Of a stretch of DNA of 64,000 nucleotides, positions 46,298 through 56,032 are shown piece by piece. This DNA is from a virus, in IMG/VR virus record IMGVR_UViG_3300037258_001099, positions 72,991 to 136,990 of that record, one strand, 5' to 3'. The notes under the pieces are model-generated. The model had not been told where the DNA came from and made no database searches. It worked only from the letters and a program-made list of their open reading frames with translations. Position 1 is the first letter of the stretch. Each line of letters opens with the position of its first letter. The position numbers and the translations under genes are program-made.

Positions 46298-47455
46298 TTA
46301 GTGGGATGCTGGTGTTTGCAAAAAGCAAGTTGGCCCTTTTCCAGGGAGAGCGCCGACCTGCGAAATGATTTGCGGAATGTGATTATATTTCTCCGAGGTG
46401 AGATACACCAATTTTCCTGATGTTTTGTAGGGAAATCCATCTGGACCTATCTCATCAGAGAGCCTGGCTATGCGACCAGTAGCCTGGTGGTGCCCAATCG
46501 TGTACTTGCCAGCCATCCAGGAGTCCTTGGCGATGATCGCCCCCATAAGCCATGGTAAATCCACTCCTGTTACAAGCACACCGACATTGCAGAGAACCTT
46601 CACATCCTTTCCGTGGAGCGCCTCATAGATGCTTGCTCGGCGATCAGAGACAGTTTTACCAATCACCACAGCGCTTGCGATACCTTCCCCGCGAAAATGA
46701 TTACGGAAGCGGTAGGCATCACGAATGTTGTTAGCAAAAAGCACCGTTCGCTCTTCTTCCAAGTGCTTGCTCCATGCCCACACTGCTTGCTCCATACGGT
46801 TTGCTGGCGTTGTCTGGACACGATAGGTCGCGTAAGGTAGGACATGACCCTCTTCTACCAATGTGTCTCTGCCGATTGAGTAGAAGAGACCGTCAGGGTA
46901 TCTCGTGAGGAGCGATGTCTCATCAGATCTCCAGGGAGTAGCAGTAACCCCAAGTCGCAGCGCATAGGGAGCCTCTAGATCTGCCAGTATCTCCTCCAAA
47001 GTTCCCTGGACACGCAGATGACACTCGTCGATCCATAGAAAGTTGAACTTGCGGAAACGCTGCGCTCGGAAGAGCTTCCTACGGGTAATAGGGTTCGCTA
47101 GAGTGTCGATGGTTGCCACCACAATGGGGTGGTTGTACTCCCTATTCTCGGCCTGAACTAGCCCAACTTCGTGCTGTGGGAAGAAGCGACAGGCTTCTCT
47201 CGCATTCTTAACGGCAAGATCAATCGTTGGCACTAAAAAAAGACCCGTAGTACTCGGGTCTCTTCTGCAAAGCTCATCATATACATTAAGGGCGACATGC
47301 GTTTTGCCAGCTCCGCAGCTCATTTCTACGACACCTTTCTCACGGTTGCCGTAGAAGTAAGATGAGAGAACTGTATCTACACAGTCCTGCTGGTAGGGAC
47401 GCAGGTGGAACGGCTCACATGCCGATGTGAGCCCTGGGAGCGCTGATTGAAACAT
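46298..47455 (-). CDS. SF2 DEAD/DEAH-box helicase (ResIII-like)
   Basis: LRPYQ, CGAGKT, DECH, TATP, NVGVLVTGVD.P, QATGR.AR. Confidence 0.9.
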   Translation of the reverse strand: MFQSALPGLTSACEPFHLRPYQQDCVDTVLSSYFYGNREKGVVEMSCGAGKTHVALNVYDELCRRDPSTTGLFLVPTIDLAVKNAREACRFFPQHEVGLVQAENREYNHPIVVATIDTLANPITRRKLFRAQRFRKFNFLWIDECHLRVQGTLEEILADLEAPYALRLGVTATPWRSDETSLLTRYPDGLFYSIGRDTLVEEGHVLPYATYRVQTTPANRMEQAVWAWSKHLEEERTVLFANNIRDAYRFRNHFRGEGIASAVVIGKTVSDRRASIYEALHGKDVKVLCNVGVLVTGVDLPWLMGAIIAKDSWMAGKYTIGHHQATGRIARLSDEIGPDGFPYKTSGKLVYLTSEKYNHIPQIISQVGALPGKGPTCFLQTPASH

Positions 47456-47514
47456 GCTGCACCTCTACCACTTCATGGTTAAGACAAAGCACAGGAACAG
47501 CGGCCAGGAGTTCT

Positions 47515-47826
47515 TTATGCAGCTTCATAGCTTCTCTCCTCCTCTCGAATCAGATGAGGAAGCGCGTACTTAATACTGAAGAAGAGAATATCTGCTGCGG
47601 TAACACTATCCCTGATTGTGAAGGGATTCATGGGTGTGTAGATGTATCTGCCTAGTCTGCCAATAAAGGACTCCAGGTGGATAGGGACCTCTGGATTCCA
47701 TTCAACAAAGAGGATCTGTACAATATCGGCGATGGGAAGTTTTGTTCCCGAGTGGATGATCTTGTCAATCCTTTGCTCAAACTCTTCCTGGAGATCACGC
47801 GGAAACTCATCAGTGTAGTGGCGCAT
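47515..47826 (-). CDS. Hypothetical protein
   Basis: GAAAGGGAAAA RBS. Confidence 0.6.
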   Translation of the reverse strand: MRHYTDEFPRDLQEEFEQRIDKIIHSGTKLPIADIVQILFVEWNPEVPIHLESFIGRLGRYIYTPMNPFTIRDSVTAADILFFSIKYALPHLIREEERSYEAA

Positions 47827-47840
47827 GGTTTTCCCTTTCC

Positions 47841-47880
47841 GACAATTTCCGGTAATCATTTCTCGTTACCGGAAATTGTC
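47841..47880. repeat. Inverted repeat GACAATTTCCGGTAA-N10-TTACCGGAAATTGTC, second copy of the 6869 site
   Basis: 15-bp perfect arms; 28/32 identical to 6869-6900 in opposite orientation. Confidence 0.85.
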
Positions 47881-47887
47881 TTCTGTT

Positions 47888-49129
47888 CTAGGCGGATTTC
47901 TTCGAGGTGACTAGGAGAGCCACCCGATCCTTGTGGTTAGCCTTCACATCTTCTGGAAATTTCTCAACTGCTTCCTTGTTTGCGAGAGCCGCAGTTTTGA
48001 GCTTGCCAAAGTAGCCATTGAGGATGGCGCTCTGCTTGGCATGCCCGAAGATGTCGAGGGGATGCTCAATAGCATGTTTGCCATCTGCAAATTTAGCACC
48101 AATGGCCTGCAATTCTTTGTACTCAGTGTCAAAGATCTTGGCCGTCTCGGTGAAGAATCTGGCAAGAGATAGATCATCAAGGGCTCGTGCAACCGCAGGT
48201 GCGGTCAACTCGTCTAAGGCTTTTCCAAGGGTTCGGTCCTGGAAGGCCTTGAGACGTTCCGTGGTAAATTCCTTGGTGTGGCCTATGAAGGCCTCTTTCA
48301 TCGAAGCTGTGGCTGGATAGAGCGCCAGCTTCATGGCAGCTTTACGATACTCAATAGATTTGAGATCGCCTTCAGGTGATACTTCGATCCCAGCAGACTT
48401 GAAGAAAGCATCTCTCTCCTGCTGAGTCGCGTACTTCTCGAAGAGGCTGAGGGCTGCCTTGTCTTCTTCAATGGTGAGCTTTGCTGGAGCTTGTCCCTGA
48501 TTTGCTGTCTTTGGCTGCTGAGCAGCATTGCCATTATTTTGGCCCTCCTGATTAGAGGACTCGGCATCCTTGCTTGTCTGATCTTCAATATCCACACGCC
48601 CATCTCCGTAGAGAGAATTGGCAAACTGATTGCCGTAAACGCGCAGACATCGTTTCAGTCCGTCCGTTGCTGCACCTTTGCCAGCTTGCTCGTGGCTCTC
48701 CATAATGGTTCTGCGAGCATTGTCAATTTCCCAGTCCTCAACTGGCTTTTCTCGATCTTTGGGTTTCCAGTTTCTTCTGCGAGTATCGATAAGATCCTGC
48801 ACTGAGACAGAAGCCGCTGGTTGATATCCGGGCTCAATGGTAGGGCCAATACATCCTCGTACCGTGAGCTCCACCATTGCTGTGTACATAATCCCAATGA
48901 CCTCTCCTGATCTTGGATCTATGACGGAGCTTGGCTCACAAGAAAGCGTTCGATGATTCCAGTTTCCTTTACCGAAAATGCGATCTGCCTGATCAATTGC
49001 GGTATGTCCCTGGATATAGCTAAGCTTCTTTTTGTTTGCCCCTTCTCTCTCGCTTATAAGTCTGGGATCAAGCTTCGCATCAAGGGCAACTTCCTGTTCA
49101 TCGGTAAAAACTTGGTGATGTTTGTGCAT
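47888..49129 (-). CDS. Rad52/Sak-family single-strand annealing protein with C-terminal extension
   Basis: IS.R.G....LSYI.G...I..A..IFG..NW; A.K.A.TDGLKR.LR.YG..F.NSLY. Confidence 0.9.
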   Translation of the reverse strand: MHKHHQVFTDEQEVALDAKLDPRLISEREGANKKKLSYIQGHTAIDQADRIFGKGNWNHRTLSCEPSSVIDPRSGEVIGIMYTAMVELTVRGCIGPTIEPGYQPAASVSVQDLIDTRRRNWKPKDREKPVEDWEIDNARRTIMESHEQAGKGAATDGLKRCLRVYGNQFANSLYGDGRVDIEDQTSKDAESSNQEGQNNGNAAQQPKTANQGQAPAKLTIEEDKAALSLFEKYATQQERDAFFKSAGIEVSPEGDLKSIEYRKAAMKLALYPATASMKEAFIGHTKEFTTERLKAFQDRTLGKALDELTAPAVARALDDLSLARFFTETAKIFDTEYKELQAIGAKFADGKHAIEHPLDIFGHAKQSAILNGYFGKLKTAALANKEAVEKFPEDVKANHKDRVALLVTSKKSA

Positions 49130-49188
49130 AGTTTCTCCTTTGTGTGGCGAACAAAATGGGGCAGCACACTCGTACTACCCCGAAACTA

Positions 49189-49704
49189 CTAATAGTTAGC
49201 ACTGTCCACACTACTATCATCTGATAACAAATGCTTCCATGATCTGTTTAGCTTTATGTCGGAAATGGATCTACCAGAAACAGAGAATTGTTTTGCAATG
49301 GATAGTCCACTAACTCCACCTGCCAGCAATTTCTTTATTTCTCTGACCTTATCGTCTGTCAGCTTGGCGTGAGGATGGCGCTCTCCAATAGCAAACCTTT
49401 TCCTATTAACAGAGTCCCTAGTGTTGTCCTTTCCTGTTCCTAACTCAAGATGATTGGGGTTTACATATGGTGGATTATCGCATTTGTGCCGGATAACTAA
49501 CCCTTCTGGAATAGGCCCCTTATGTAGTTCATATGAAACTCTGTGGGCCAATGCCATTGTAGGGGCTCCTCTTGCGTCATCACATCCAAATGTTCCGTAG
49601 TTCCATGCATTGCGATAGGCAGTCCACTCCCAGCACTCATCCTCTTCCCTCCTGTCAACCTTCATCCAAAAACGCTCTTCCATAGTTAAGACGCTTTTAA
49701 ACAT
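49189..49704 (-). CDS. HNH homing endonuclease with C-terminal HTH
   Basis: CWEW; AHRVSYELHKG.IP; RHKCDNP..VNP.HL..GT..DN. Confidence 0.9.
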   Translation of the reverse strand: MFKSVLTMEERFWMKVDRREEDECWEWTAYRNAWNYGTFGCDDARGAPTMALAHRVSYELHKGPIPEGLVIRHKCDNPPYVNPNHLELGTGKDNTRDSVNRKRFAIGERHPHAKLTDDKVREIKKLLAGGVSGLSIAKQFSVSGRSISDIKLNRSWKHLLSDDSSVDSANY

Positions 49705-49764
49705 ACTAACCTCCTTGCAATAGATGCAAAACGAGACATGCATTAATTATCCAGTTTTTTGTGC

Positions 49765-50154
49765 TCAAAAGGGGTGGTCCTCTAGCTCCCCGAGATCCTC
49801 TATACTGCTATCAGTATTGTTGCTGGACTGACTTCTTGGAGTGAGGAACTCCAAGTCACTTGCTACGATCTCAACGGAGGTTCGATCGATCCCATTCTTG
49901 TCCTGATACTTACGAATATCTAGGCGGCCCTCAATGTAAACTTTGTTGCCTTTCTTGAGGTACGAACTACACGTCTCGGCTAGCTTTTGCCACGCGACTA
50001 CTCGGAACCATGTTGTGTTATCTTGTGCCTCTCCATCCTTACTCTTGCGCCTGTCATTAACTGCTACGCTAAACTTGGCAACCGCTGTACCGCTTGGAGT
50101 ATAGTTAAACTCCACATCTGATCCTAAGTTTCCAATGATTATCACTTTGTTCAC
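49765..50154 (-). CDS. ssb: Single-stranded DNA-binding protein
   Basis: NKVIIIGNLG.D.E; T.WF.VVAW..LAE; KG..VYIEGRL; acidic tail ending DHPF. Confidence 0.95.
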   Translation of the reverse strand: MNKVIIIGNLGSDVEFNYTPSGTAVAKFSVAVNDRRKSKDGEAQDNTTWFRVVAWQKLAETCSSYLKKGNKVYIEGRLDIRKYQDKNGIDRTSVEIVASDLEFLTPRSQSSNNTDSSIEDLGELEDHPF

Positions 50155-50185
50155 TTGGTCTGGTCCTTTCTGCTAAACAAATCAT

Positions 50186-50222
50186 TAGTGGAATAACAAT
50201 CTATCTTGAGATTATTATATCA
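50186..50222 (-). promoter_or_regulatory. Extended -10 promoter (TGATATAAT) with conserved leader TAGATTGTTATTCCACTA
   Basis: Repeated leader directly upstream of ssb. Confidence 0.65.
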
Positions 50223-50295
50223 CTTATCAAGAGGTCAAAACAACCTCGTCCTTTGGCTTGTGGGGCTGTTTTCTTGACACAAAATGGGGATGGGG

Positions 50296-50310
50296 ATCGA
50301 CTTTTCCTTA
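50296..50310 (-). repeat. Dispersed motif copy TAAGGAAAAGTCGAT
   Basis: Exact core match. Confidence 0.8.
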
Positions 50311-50352
50311 CTGTCTTGTGGATGCGATCCCCTTGGAAAGATATATCCTACG

Positions 50353-51213
50353 TTACAATGCTTCTTCTATCCAGGCTCCAAGTTCTTGTTCTGAGAGTAG
50401 TGATGATTCTCCTTCGATTTTGAACTTGTAGGTGACATGCCCTCTTTTGATGGCGGTGATATGTTCCTCGGAGAGAAGAACAGATCCTCCTTTAAAGGAG
50501 AGCTGACAGATAGATGGGTCATAGGAATCGACTGGGATTATTATAAGGGGCTTGTCTGTTCTCTTGCCACTTGCGGCAGCCATTCTGCGGACTTCCTCTG
50601 TTGGCAGATCAAGGATTGTCTCAGCACCTTTCCTGATCTCCTCTCCACACATCTTATCTACTGTCTGCTTCACTTCAGCTTTCTTATCCTGGGGAAGATC
50701 TCGAAAAGATTTACTTCCTGCGGCCCGTGCTTGCTCTTCCTGGATCTTTTTCTTCTGGCTCTCAACATCGCCTACCATATCCTTAATAGCATCGATCTGA
50801 CCGCGACTTGCACCTTGAATACGCTCTTTGGCAATTCCCTGGTTGCGAACCTTGACCCAGATCATGTAGCTCGACTTTGACTGATTAATGAGCTCGCGTG
50901 AGACGCCTCGATGAAATTCTAGGTAGTCCTCCATCGAGGTCTCATTAGAAGGAAGAAAAATGCCCCGAGCATTTCCTGAGAAAATGAGGAAACCGATTTC
51001 CAAGCGTGAGATCTCGATGTGACTGGCGAGGGCCTTGATGCGCCCTGAATAAATCCAGAGGTAACGCTCTTCGTCTGTCTCACCTTCTGCCCCTTTAAAG
51101 TCATCAGGGTAACTTTGCTTGGCATTACTGGGATCAACAAGTTTGCTCGCAAGCTCTCCGAACTCTGAGACGATTTCTGCATCGGAAAAAGGAACGAGTG
51201 ATTGATTTGGCAT
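50353..51213 (-). CDS. Hypothetical protein
   Basis: 286 aa, AGAAAGGGG RBS. Confidence 0.7.
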   Translation of the reverse strand: MPNQSLVPFSDAEIVSEFGELASKLVDPSNAKQSYPDDFKGAEGETDEERYLWIYSGRIKALASHIEISRLEIGFLIFSGNARGIFLPSNETSMEDYLEFHRGVSRELINQSKSSYMIWVKVRNQGIAKERIQGASRGQIDAIKDMVGDVESQKKKIQEEQARAAGSKSFRDLPQDKKAEVKQTVDKMCGEEIRKGAETILDLPTEEVRRMAAASGKRTDKPLIIIPVDSYDPSICQLSFKGGSVLLSEEHITAIKRGHVTYKFKIEGESSLLSEQELGAWIEEAL

Positions 51214-51226
51214 ACACTTCCCCTTT

Positions 51227-51844
51227 CTAAGATAAAGCGATTCCTGGATCTTGGATCGCAAACACGCTACAAGGGGAGGAATTGCTTTCTGGAGCTCTCT
51301 TTTTCAAAGAAATAACCTGATAATTGGTCGTTGCGGTGATAACTTGTGGCTTTTGTGGCGGAAACGCGGAAAGAAAAGCACGCAGCGACCAGCCTTGAGA
51401 AATCACATATAAGAGGGTAAAGAACCAGGGGTTGCACATCGTGTCTATATAGGTCTTTACCTTCACCCGACTCATCTGTTCCCAGCAGCCAGGTTCTGCA
51501 ACACAGAGCCACTCAGGGAGATCTCGGTTTTTTCGCTTGGCACAATCACCGCATATTTTGAAGACATCATACTCAATCTTTTGCGCATGTTTTCCGTACA
51601 ACTTTACCTTTTCGTCGTAGACTGGATATAAATAGAGGCATTGCTCTTCGTGATTGGGTCCAATCCCAATACAACAGAGATCACATGTAAACCAGGGGAT
51701 AAGCAGCTTGCTGGCGTTGGTTTCTACTCCAGCAGCCGTATCCATTTTCTTCTGCGCTCGCCAATCTCCTACCCGCATAACGGTAAACTCACGCGGACTT
51801 TCGTAGGAAATGACACCAAAACGAAGAAAAAAAGAAACAGACAT
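51227..51844 (-). CDS. Cys-rich hypothetical protein
   Basis: CDLC and CGDC pairs; GAGGAGG RBS. Confidence 0.6.
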   Translation of the reverse strand: MSVSFFLRFGVISYESPREFTVMRVGDWRAQKKMDTAAGVETNASKLLIPWFTCDLCCIGIGPNHEEQCLYLYPVYDEKVKLYGKHAQKIEYDVFKICGDCAKRKNRDLPEWLCVAEPGCWEQMSRVKVKTYIDTMCNPWFFTLLYVISQGWSLRAFLSAFPPQKPQVITATTNYQVISLKKRAPESNSSPCSVFAIQDPGIALS

Positions 51845-52090
51845 AGGGAAATTCCTCCTCTAACTAAAAAAGATCATATCCTTTCTCTCTTCATTATAGC
51901 CAAGCACACAGCCAGAAAACGCTAAATTTCCGGTAATTCTTTGGAAGGACCACTATATCCATATTTTTCTATTCAATGACAAACAAAAGAGACCCCGCTC
52001 TTTTTGTCTCTTGTTTATAACCTGCTTAGAAAGGAAAACGAAAGCATCAGGCAGAGCAGCAGTCTCTAGACCTTATCATAACACAAAGGG

Positions 52091-52107
52091 ATTAAGGAAA
52101 AGTCGAT
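52091..52107 (+). repeat. Dispersed motif copy ATTAAGGAAAAGTCGAT
   Basis: Exact core match about 30 bp upstream of a -35 box. Confidence 0.8.
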
Positions 52108-52136
52108 GAAAGCCCAGGTATGTGCCTATAAGGGTA

Positions 52137-52165
52137 TTGACAGGAGTATATGATTTTGGTATACT
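52137..52165 (+). promoter_or_regulatory. Sigma70 promoter
   Basis: TTGACA-17-TATACT. Confidence 0.8.
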
Positions 52166-52207
52166 TAGGCCATAAGTACATACTTTAGTTACGAAAGGAA
52201 AACAACT

Positions 52208-52675
52208 ATGACACTTACAGCAGAGAAAGCAGTAAAGCACATTATTAAGATGGAACAAGGCGTTCTCTACATGAAGCTCAGGGAGAGCTTCAACACAACA
52301 ACGATGCAGATAGACTGCACGCTTGCGCAAATATCAAGAGAAGGCGTCCGTATTATCATAGCCAAGAGTAAAGACCTCTCCGATGTTACTTTCACAACAG
52401 AAGAGATGGGTCTCTTGGAAGAGGGCAGGCTTATCGTCGAGCGCTTCTGGGAAAGCGATCCTCTAGCGAAACGACATGTCTTATTAGAATGCGGACACAC
52501 TGAAGATTGGGATGAGTGGAACGAGCGCATTAAGTCGTATTCTAGCACTCCTGAATACTATATGTACACGCAGCCGCAAGAAGGAACATTCTATTGCTGG
52601 GAATGTGAGAGAGATATGAGAGCGCATCGCTTCAACGAAAAGGACTTTGCAGAGGAGGTATCCACTCATGAGTAG
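52208..52675 (+). CDS. Hypothetical protein with Zn-binding motif
   Basis: LECGH...CWEC; GAAAGGAAAA RBS. Confidence 0.65.
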   Translation: MTLTAEKAVKHIIKMEQGVLYMKLRESFNTTTMQIDCTLAQISREGVRIIIAKSKDLSDVTFTTEEMGLLEEGRLIVERFWESDPLAKRHVLLECGHTEDWDEWNERIKSYSSTPEYYMYTQPQEGTFYCWECERDMRAHRFNEKDFAEEVSTHE

Positions 52676-52865
52676 GCATGGATTAAATAGGCAAGCTGAC
52701 ATTAGCAATGAAGTCCAGGGCAGAGCATACAAAATCCCTAAGTCAGACTGGCAAGAGATGTACTTTGATCTCTATCGCCAAACGCACGGCGAGGACCGCA
52801 CTGACCAGGATGTAATGCAGGATGCAGAAAAGCGGAGAGGGATCTTGAAGAGAGCGAGAGGGTAG
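52668..52865 (+). CDS. Hypothetical protein
   Basis: GAGGAGG RBS. Confidence 0.6.
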   Translation: MSRHGLNRQADISNEVQGRAYKIPKSDWQEMYFDLYRQTHGEDRTDQDVMQDAEKRRGILKRARG

Positions 52866-52973
52866 AGAGAGTCCACTTAATATCGATATATTGGGAAGGA
52901 GCAACATCCTTCCCTTATTTTTGCGCTATGCTATACTACCTGAAAACAATTTTCTTTAACGAAAGGATGATCG

Positions 52974-53273
52974 ATGACGACCTACGAACAGCCAACGCTT
53001 AGTAACTTCCGCGCCGAGAAGGGGTTTTATACAACCCGTGAGCTCGCAGAGATTTATCACGTGACTCCACAAACTATTACGGGATGGATTAGGAGAGGAT
53101 GGCTCAAAGGGGAAATGCGCGAGCCTGTATCGAAAAATGCAAAGTCAATGAGAGGACGCTGGCGTATCTTCCCACAACAAATAGAGGACATTGAGTCTCA
53201 TAAAGAGGAGCTAATCGAAGCTTCGAGGAAGTATTGGGTAAGATTACTTGTGTCTATTAGGAAGGGAAAATAG
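52974..53273 (+). CDS. MerR/excisionase-like HTH DNA-binding protein
   Basis: YTTRELAEIYHVTPQTITGWIRRGWL......WRI. Confidence 0.8.
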   Translation: MTTYEQPTLSNFRAEKGFYTTRELAEIYHVTPQTITGWIRRGWLKGEMREPVSKNAKSMRGRWRIFPQQIEDIESHKEELIEASRKYWVRLLVSIRKGK

Positions 53274-53276
53274 AGG

Positions 53277-54320
53277 ATGGAACCACAACCACAGCGTCAA
53301 ATGGATTTTGAGAAAGTCTCGATTGAATATCTCTACAATTACATGCGAAGTCGTATTTACTACCCAGACTACCAGCGGGGTTCTGTTTGGGAGCTGTCCA
53401 AGCGCCAGCGTCTTATTCAGACCATCCTCTCTGGTAGATCCATCGGAACGCTCACCGCTTTTAAAAGAATGAATGAGGATGGTTCAACATCCTACGGTCT
53501 CATTGATGGACGCCAGCGCTCCGAGACAATCTTCTTTTATCTCGATGGCGCGTTCTCAACGGCAACCCAGGCATCATTTAAAAAGATGGAGCCACGAGCT
53601 CAAGTTATCCAGCCAGGAAGAAACTATGGCGAGCTTAGCCCCTATGCCAGGAGCATCCTAAATGGATATGACATCATTATCTACTCTGCCCCAACCGAAG
53701 AAGACAGAGAGGGACAAGGGCAGTCCTACCGCGACTTAAATAGCCACAAGCGCATGACTCATGCCCAGATACTCAAGTCCTATCCATCCAAGATGAATAC
53801 TGCTGCAACTGCGCTCTCTGAGCATCCATTCTGGGTTGAGCTCTATAAAGGACCGAAGAAAGGCGATGAGCGCTTTCGAGGAGCACTTCATACCCTTGTC
53901 ATGCAGATAGCAGGGGACTGTATCCCTCAGTCTGATGTCGTTTTGCGGGAATACTCAAGCGGACTCAAAGACAATTTTGTGACTGATGCACTGGTGGAGA
54001 CATGTAATGTCAACCTGAGCATTGCATCCCACCTCTTTTCAAAGGTGAAGATTGGCAATCCTTATGAGGCCATCCCAATCTACCAGGCCGTGCTCTTTTT
54101 GCTCCGAGATAACTATAATCTCGATCATGTAGAAAAGGGGTGCCTCACACCATGGTACGAAGAGCTCCAATCGGAATCCTTTAAGGCAAGGTATATCGGA
54201 GGACGGTCAGTCTTCTATAAGCTAGCGCAGCTTGAAGAGCAACGCTACTTCTGGGAGCACAAGGGCCAGCTTGATAAGGTAAAGAATAGTATACGAAAAG
54301 CGCAGAGAGTGACAACATGA
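53277..54320 (+). CDS. DUF262 (ParB/Srx-fold, GmrS-like) protein
   Basis: PDYQRGSVW...Q.LI.TIL.G; LIDGRQR.ETI; Y..LN. Confidence 0.85.
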   Translation: MEPQPQRQMDFEKVSIEYLYNYMRSRIYYPDYQRGSVWELSKRQRLIQTILSGRSIGTLTAFKRMNEDGSTSYGLIDGRQRSETIFFYLDGAFSTATQASFKKMEPRAQVIQPGRNYGELSPYARSILNGYDIIIYSAPTEEDREGQGQSYRDLNSHKRMTHAQILKSYPSKMNTAATALSEHPFWVELYKGPKKGDERFRGALHTLVMQIAGDCIPQSDVVLREYSSGLKDNFVTDALVETCNVNLSIASHLFSKVKIGNPYEAIPIYQAVLFLLRDNYNLDHVEKGCLTPWYEELQSESFKARYIGGRSVFYKLAQLEEQRYFWEHKGQLDKVKNSIRKAQRVTT

Positions 54321-54637
54321 CAGAGACAACCCTTACCAATAATGATGGAAAAACCACTATCCGCACTGGCACGAGCGGTTTCACTGTAACAGCCCAGCGA
54401 GATGGTGTAAATCTCTCAGTCCTTATGGAGTTCGATCAGGCAACGCTAGAGGAAGGGGTTGCCATGGTCGCAACTGTGCTCACCCAGCTAGAAGAGATGT
54501 ACGGAGAAGCATATGTTGCGGCGATCTGCGGACACTATGCTGAGGATACTGGGAAAAAGTTCTTTACGGAAGGTGATCACAAAGTAGGCATTATCCGAGG
54601 TGGAAATCGCGGGAAGCCACCGAGGAAGAAAAGATGA
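54317..54637 (+). CDS. Hypothetical protein
   Basis: ATGA-coupled to the DUF262 gene. Confidence 0.65.
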   Translation: MTETTLTNNDGKTTIRTGTSGFTVTAQRDGVNLSVLMEFDQATLEEGVAMVATVLTQLEEMYGEAYVAAICGHYAEDTGKKFFTEGDHKVGIIRGGNRGKPPRKKR

Positions 54638-54640
54638 CAC

Positions 54641-54673
54641 AGAGCACTCTCTTTGATAGGAGAGTGCTTTTTA
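54641..54673. terminator. Intrinsic terminator
   Basis: AGCACTCTC-loop-GAGAGTGCT followed by a T run. Confidence 0.7.
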
Positions 54674-54855
54674 TACTGGAAGCAAACCGTGCAATAGAAA
54701 CCATCCAATAACTATTGCAAGCACTACGAGGAAAACGATAACGCAGCCAGTTTGAAAAACGTTCTTCATATTACTAGTATAGTTGTGAACGAAAGAGAGT
54801 AATTCAGCGGTAAATGGATAAGCAGGTTGAAAAGGCCTGCTTTTTCTTTGGAATG

Positions 54856-54998
54856 GAGTGTGCCAAAAAGGAATGGATAATGGCACAGCTCGTCTTCAGA
54901 AAATTTTTCTTTACTTGAGCTCTTGACAAAGTGGCAAAAAGGTGGCATAATCAAAGTGTCAAAACTTTTCCTCTGTTAATGGGAAAGTGGCACAAAGG
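54856..54998. promoter_or_regulatory. Putative res site and promoter of the resolvase
   Basis: Repeated GTG(G/C/T)CA(A/C)AA half-sites; TTGACA(54923)-17-CATAAT. Confidence 0.5.
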
Positions 54999-55009
54999 AA
55001 GGGAAAGCT

Positions 55010-55573
55010 ATGAAAATTGGATACGCTCGTGTTTCAACAACTGAACAGCGAGAAGAATTGCAAGTTGATGCCTTAAAAAAGGCTGGCTGCGAGAAAATCT
55101 TTATCGACAAAAGCACTGGGGCAAAATTTGATCGCAAAGGGCTCACTGAGGCACGGACTTTTGTTCGCAAGGGCGATTCTTTTGTGGTATGGAAGCTTGA
55201 TCGCCTTGGGCGATCGCTCAAAGATCTCATTGAGACTGTGAATACTCTCAATGATCAAGGAGTCGAGTTTATCAGCCTCACAGAAAACATCGACACTACT
55301 ACATCGGGTGGAAAGCTTGTCTTTCACCTTATGGCTGCTCTTGCTGAATTTGAGAGAAATATTATTCGTGAGCGTACCAGAGCAGGGCTAGAAGCAGCCC
55401 GTTCCCGTGGTCGAAACGGGGGCAGGCCAAAAAAACTAAAAACAGACAAGAAGATCTCTCTTGTTCGTAGTCTCTATGCTGACAAAAGTCACTCGATTGA
55501 TGAAATTTGCTCAACGCTTGGAATTTCTCGCAGAACACTCTATCGATATGTCAAAGAAGGAGAGGAAAAATAA
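55010..55573 (+). CDS. Small serine recombinase (resolvase/invertase, Tn3 TnpR/Pin family)
   Basis: KIGYARVST, VVWKLDRLGRS, AEFER.II.ERT..GL.AAR.RGR.GGRP, C-terminal HTH. Confidence 0.95.
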   Translation: MKIGYARVSTTEQREELQVDALKKAGCEKIFIDKSTGAKFDRKGLTEARTFVRKGDSFVVWKLDRLGRSLKDLIETVNTLNDQGVEFISLTENIDTTTSGGKLVFHLMAALAEFERNIIRERTRAGLEAARSRGRNGGRPKKLKTDKKISLVRSLYADKSHSIDEICSTLGISRRTLYRYVKEGEEK

Positions 55574-55575
55574 CC

Positions 55576-55974
55576 ATGTCAAAGGAAAGAAAAAGAGATC
55601 CCGTGAATAGAATATTGCGCAGCCAGGTTCTCACAAGAGATATGCACTCTTGTCAAAAATGCGGAAAGTATGAGGAATTAGAGCTCCACCATATCATTCC
55701 TTGTGCCGATAATGGTCCAACCAATCTTGACAATTTGATAACACTTTGCAAATACTGCCATGACGAGTGGGAGCACATTGTCTACATAAGATCTACATCG
55801 GTTCCGTTCGAGAAATGGCTGAAAATTCCCCCAGCTATTGTCTTGATCAGTGCTTTTACCGCAGAAAAAAAATCTGGAATAACTCGGCAACTGCCCTTGA
55901 TGCAAGAAATTATATTCTTCAAGGACAACGACTTGCTAAAGAGATTCTGCAAATTGAGCGCAAGAACTGCTTAG
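55576..55974 (+). CDS. HNH endonuclease
   Basis: RD...CQKCG....LELHHIIP.......NL.NL.TLC..CH. Confidence 0.85.
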   Translation: MSKERKRDPVNRILRSQVLTRDMHSCQKCGKYEELELHHIIPCADNGPTNLDNLITLCKYCHDEWEHIVYIRSTSVPFEKWLKIPPAIVLISAFTAEKKSGITRQLPLMQEIIFFKDNDLLKRFCKLSARTA

Positions 55975-56032
55975 AACTTGGATTATCCAGAGAAGAACTT
56001 ATTCAGCGCGAGGAAGAGGAAGAAAGTGCATA

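Noticed and set aside
55010-55573. Serine recombinase as the phage integrase
   Set aside because: Only 187 aa with an HTH; lacks the recombinase and Zn-ribbon domains of large serine integrases
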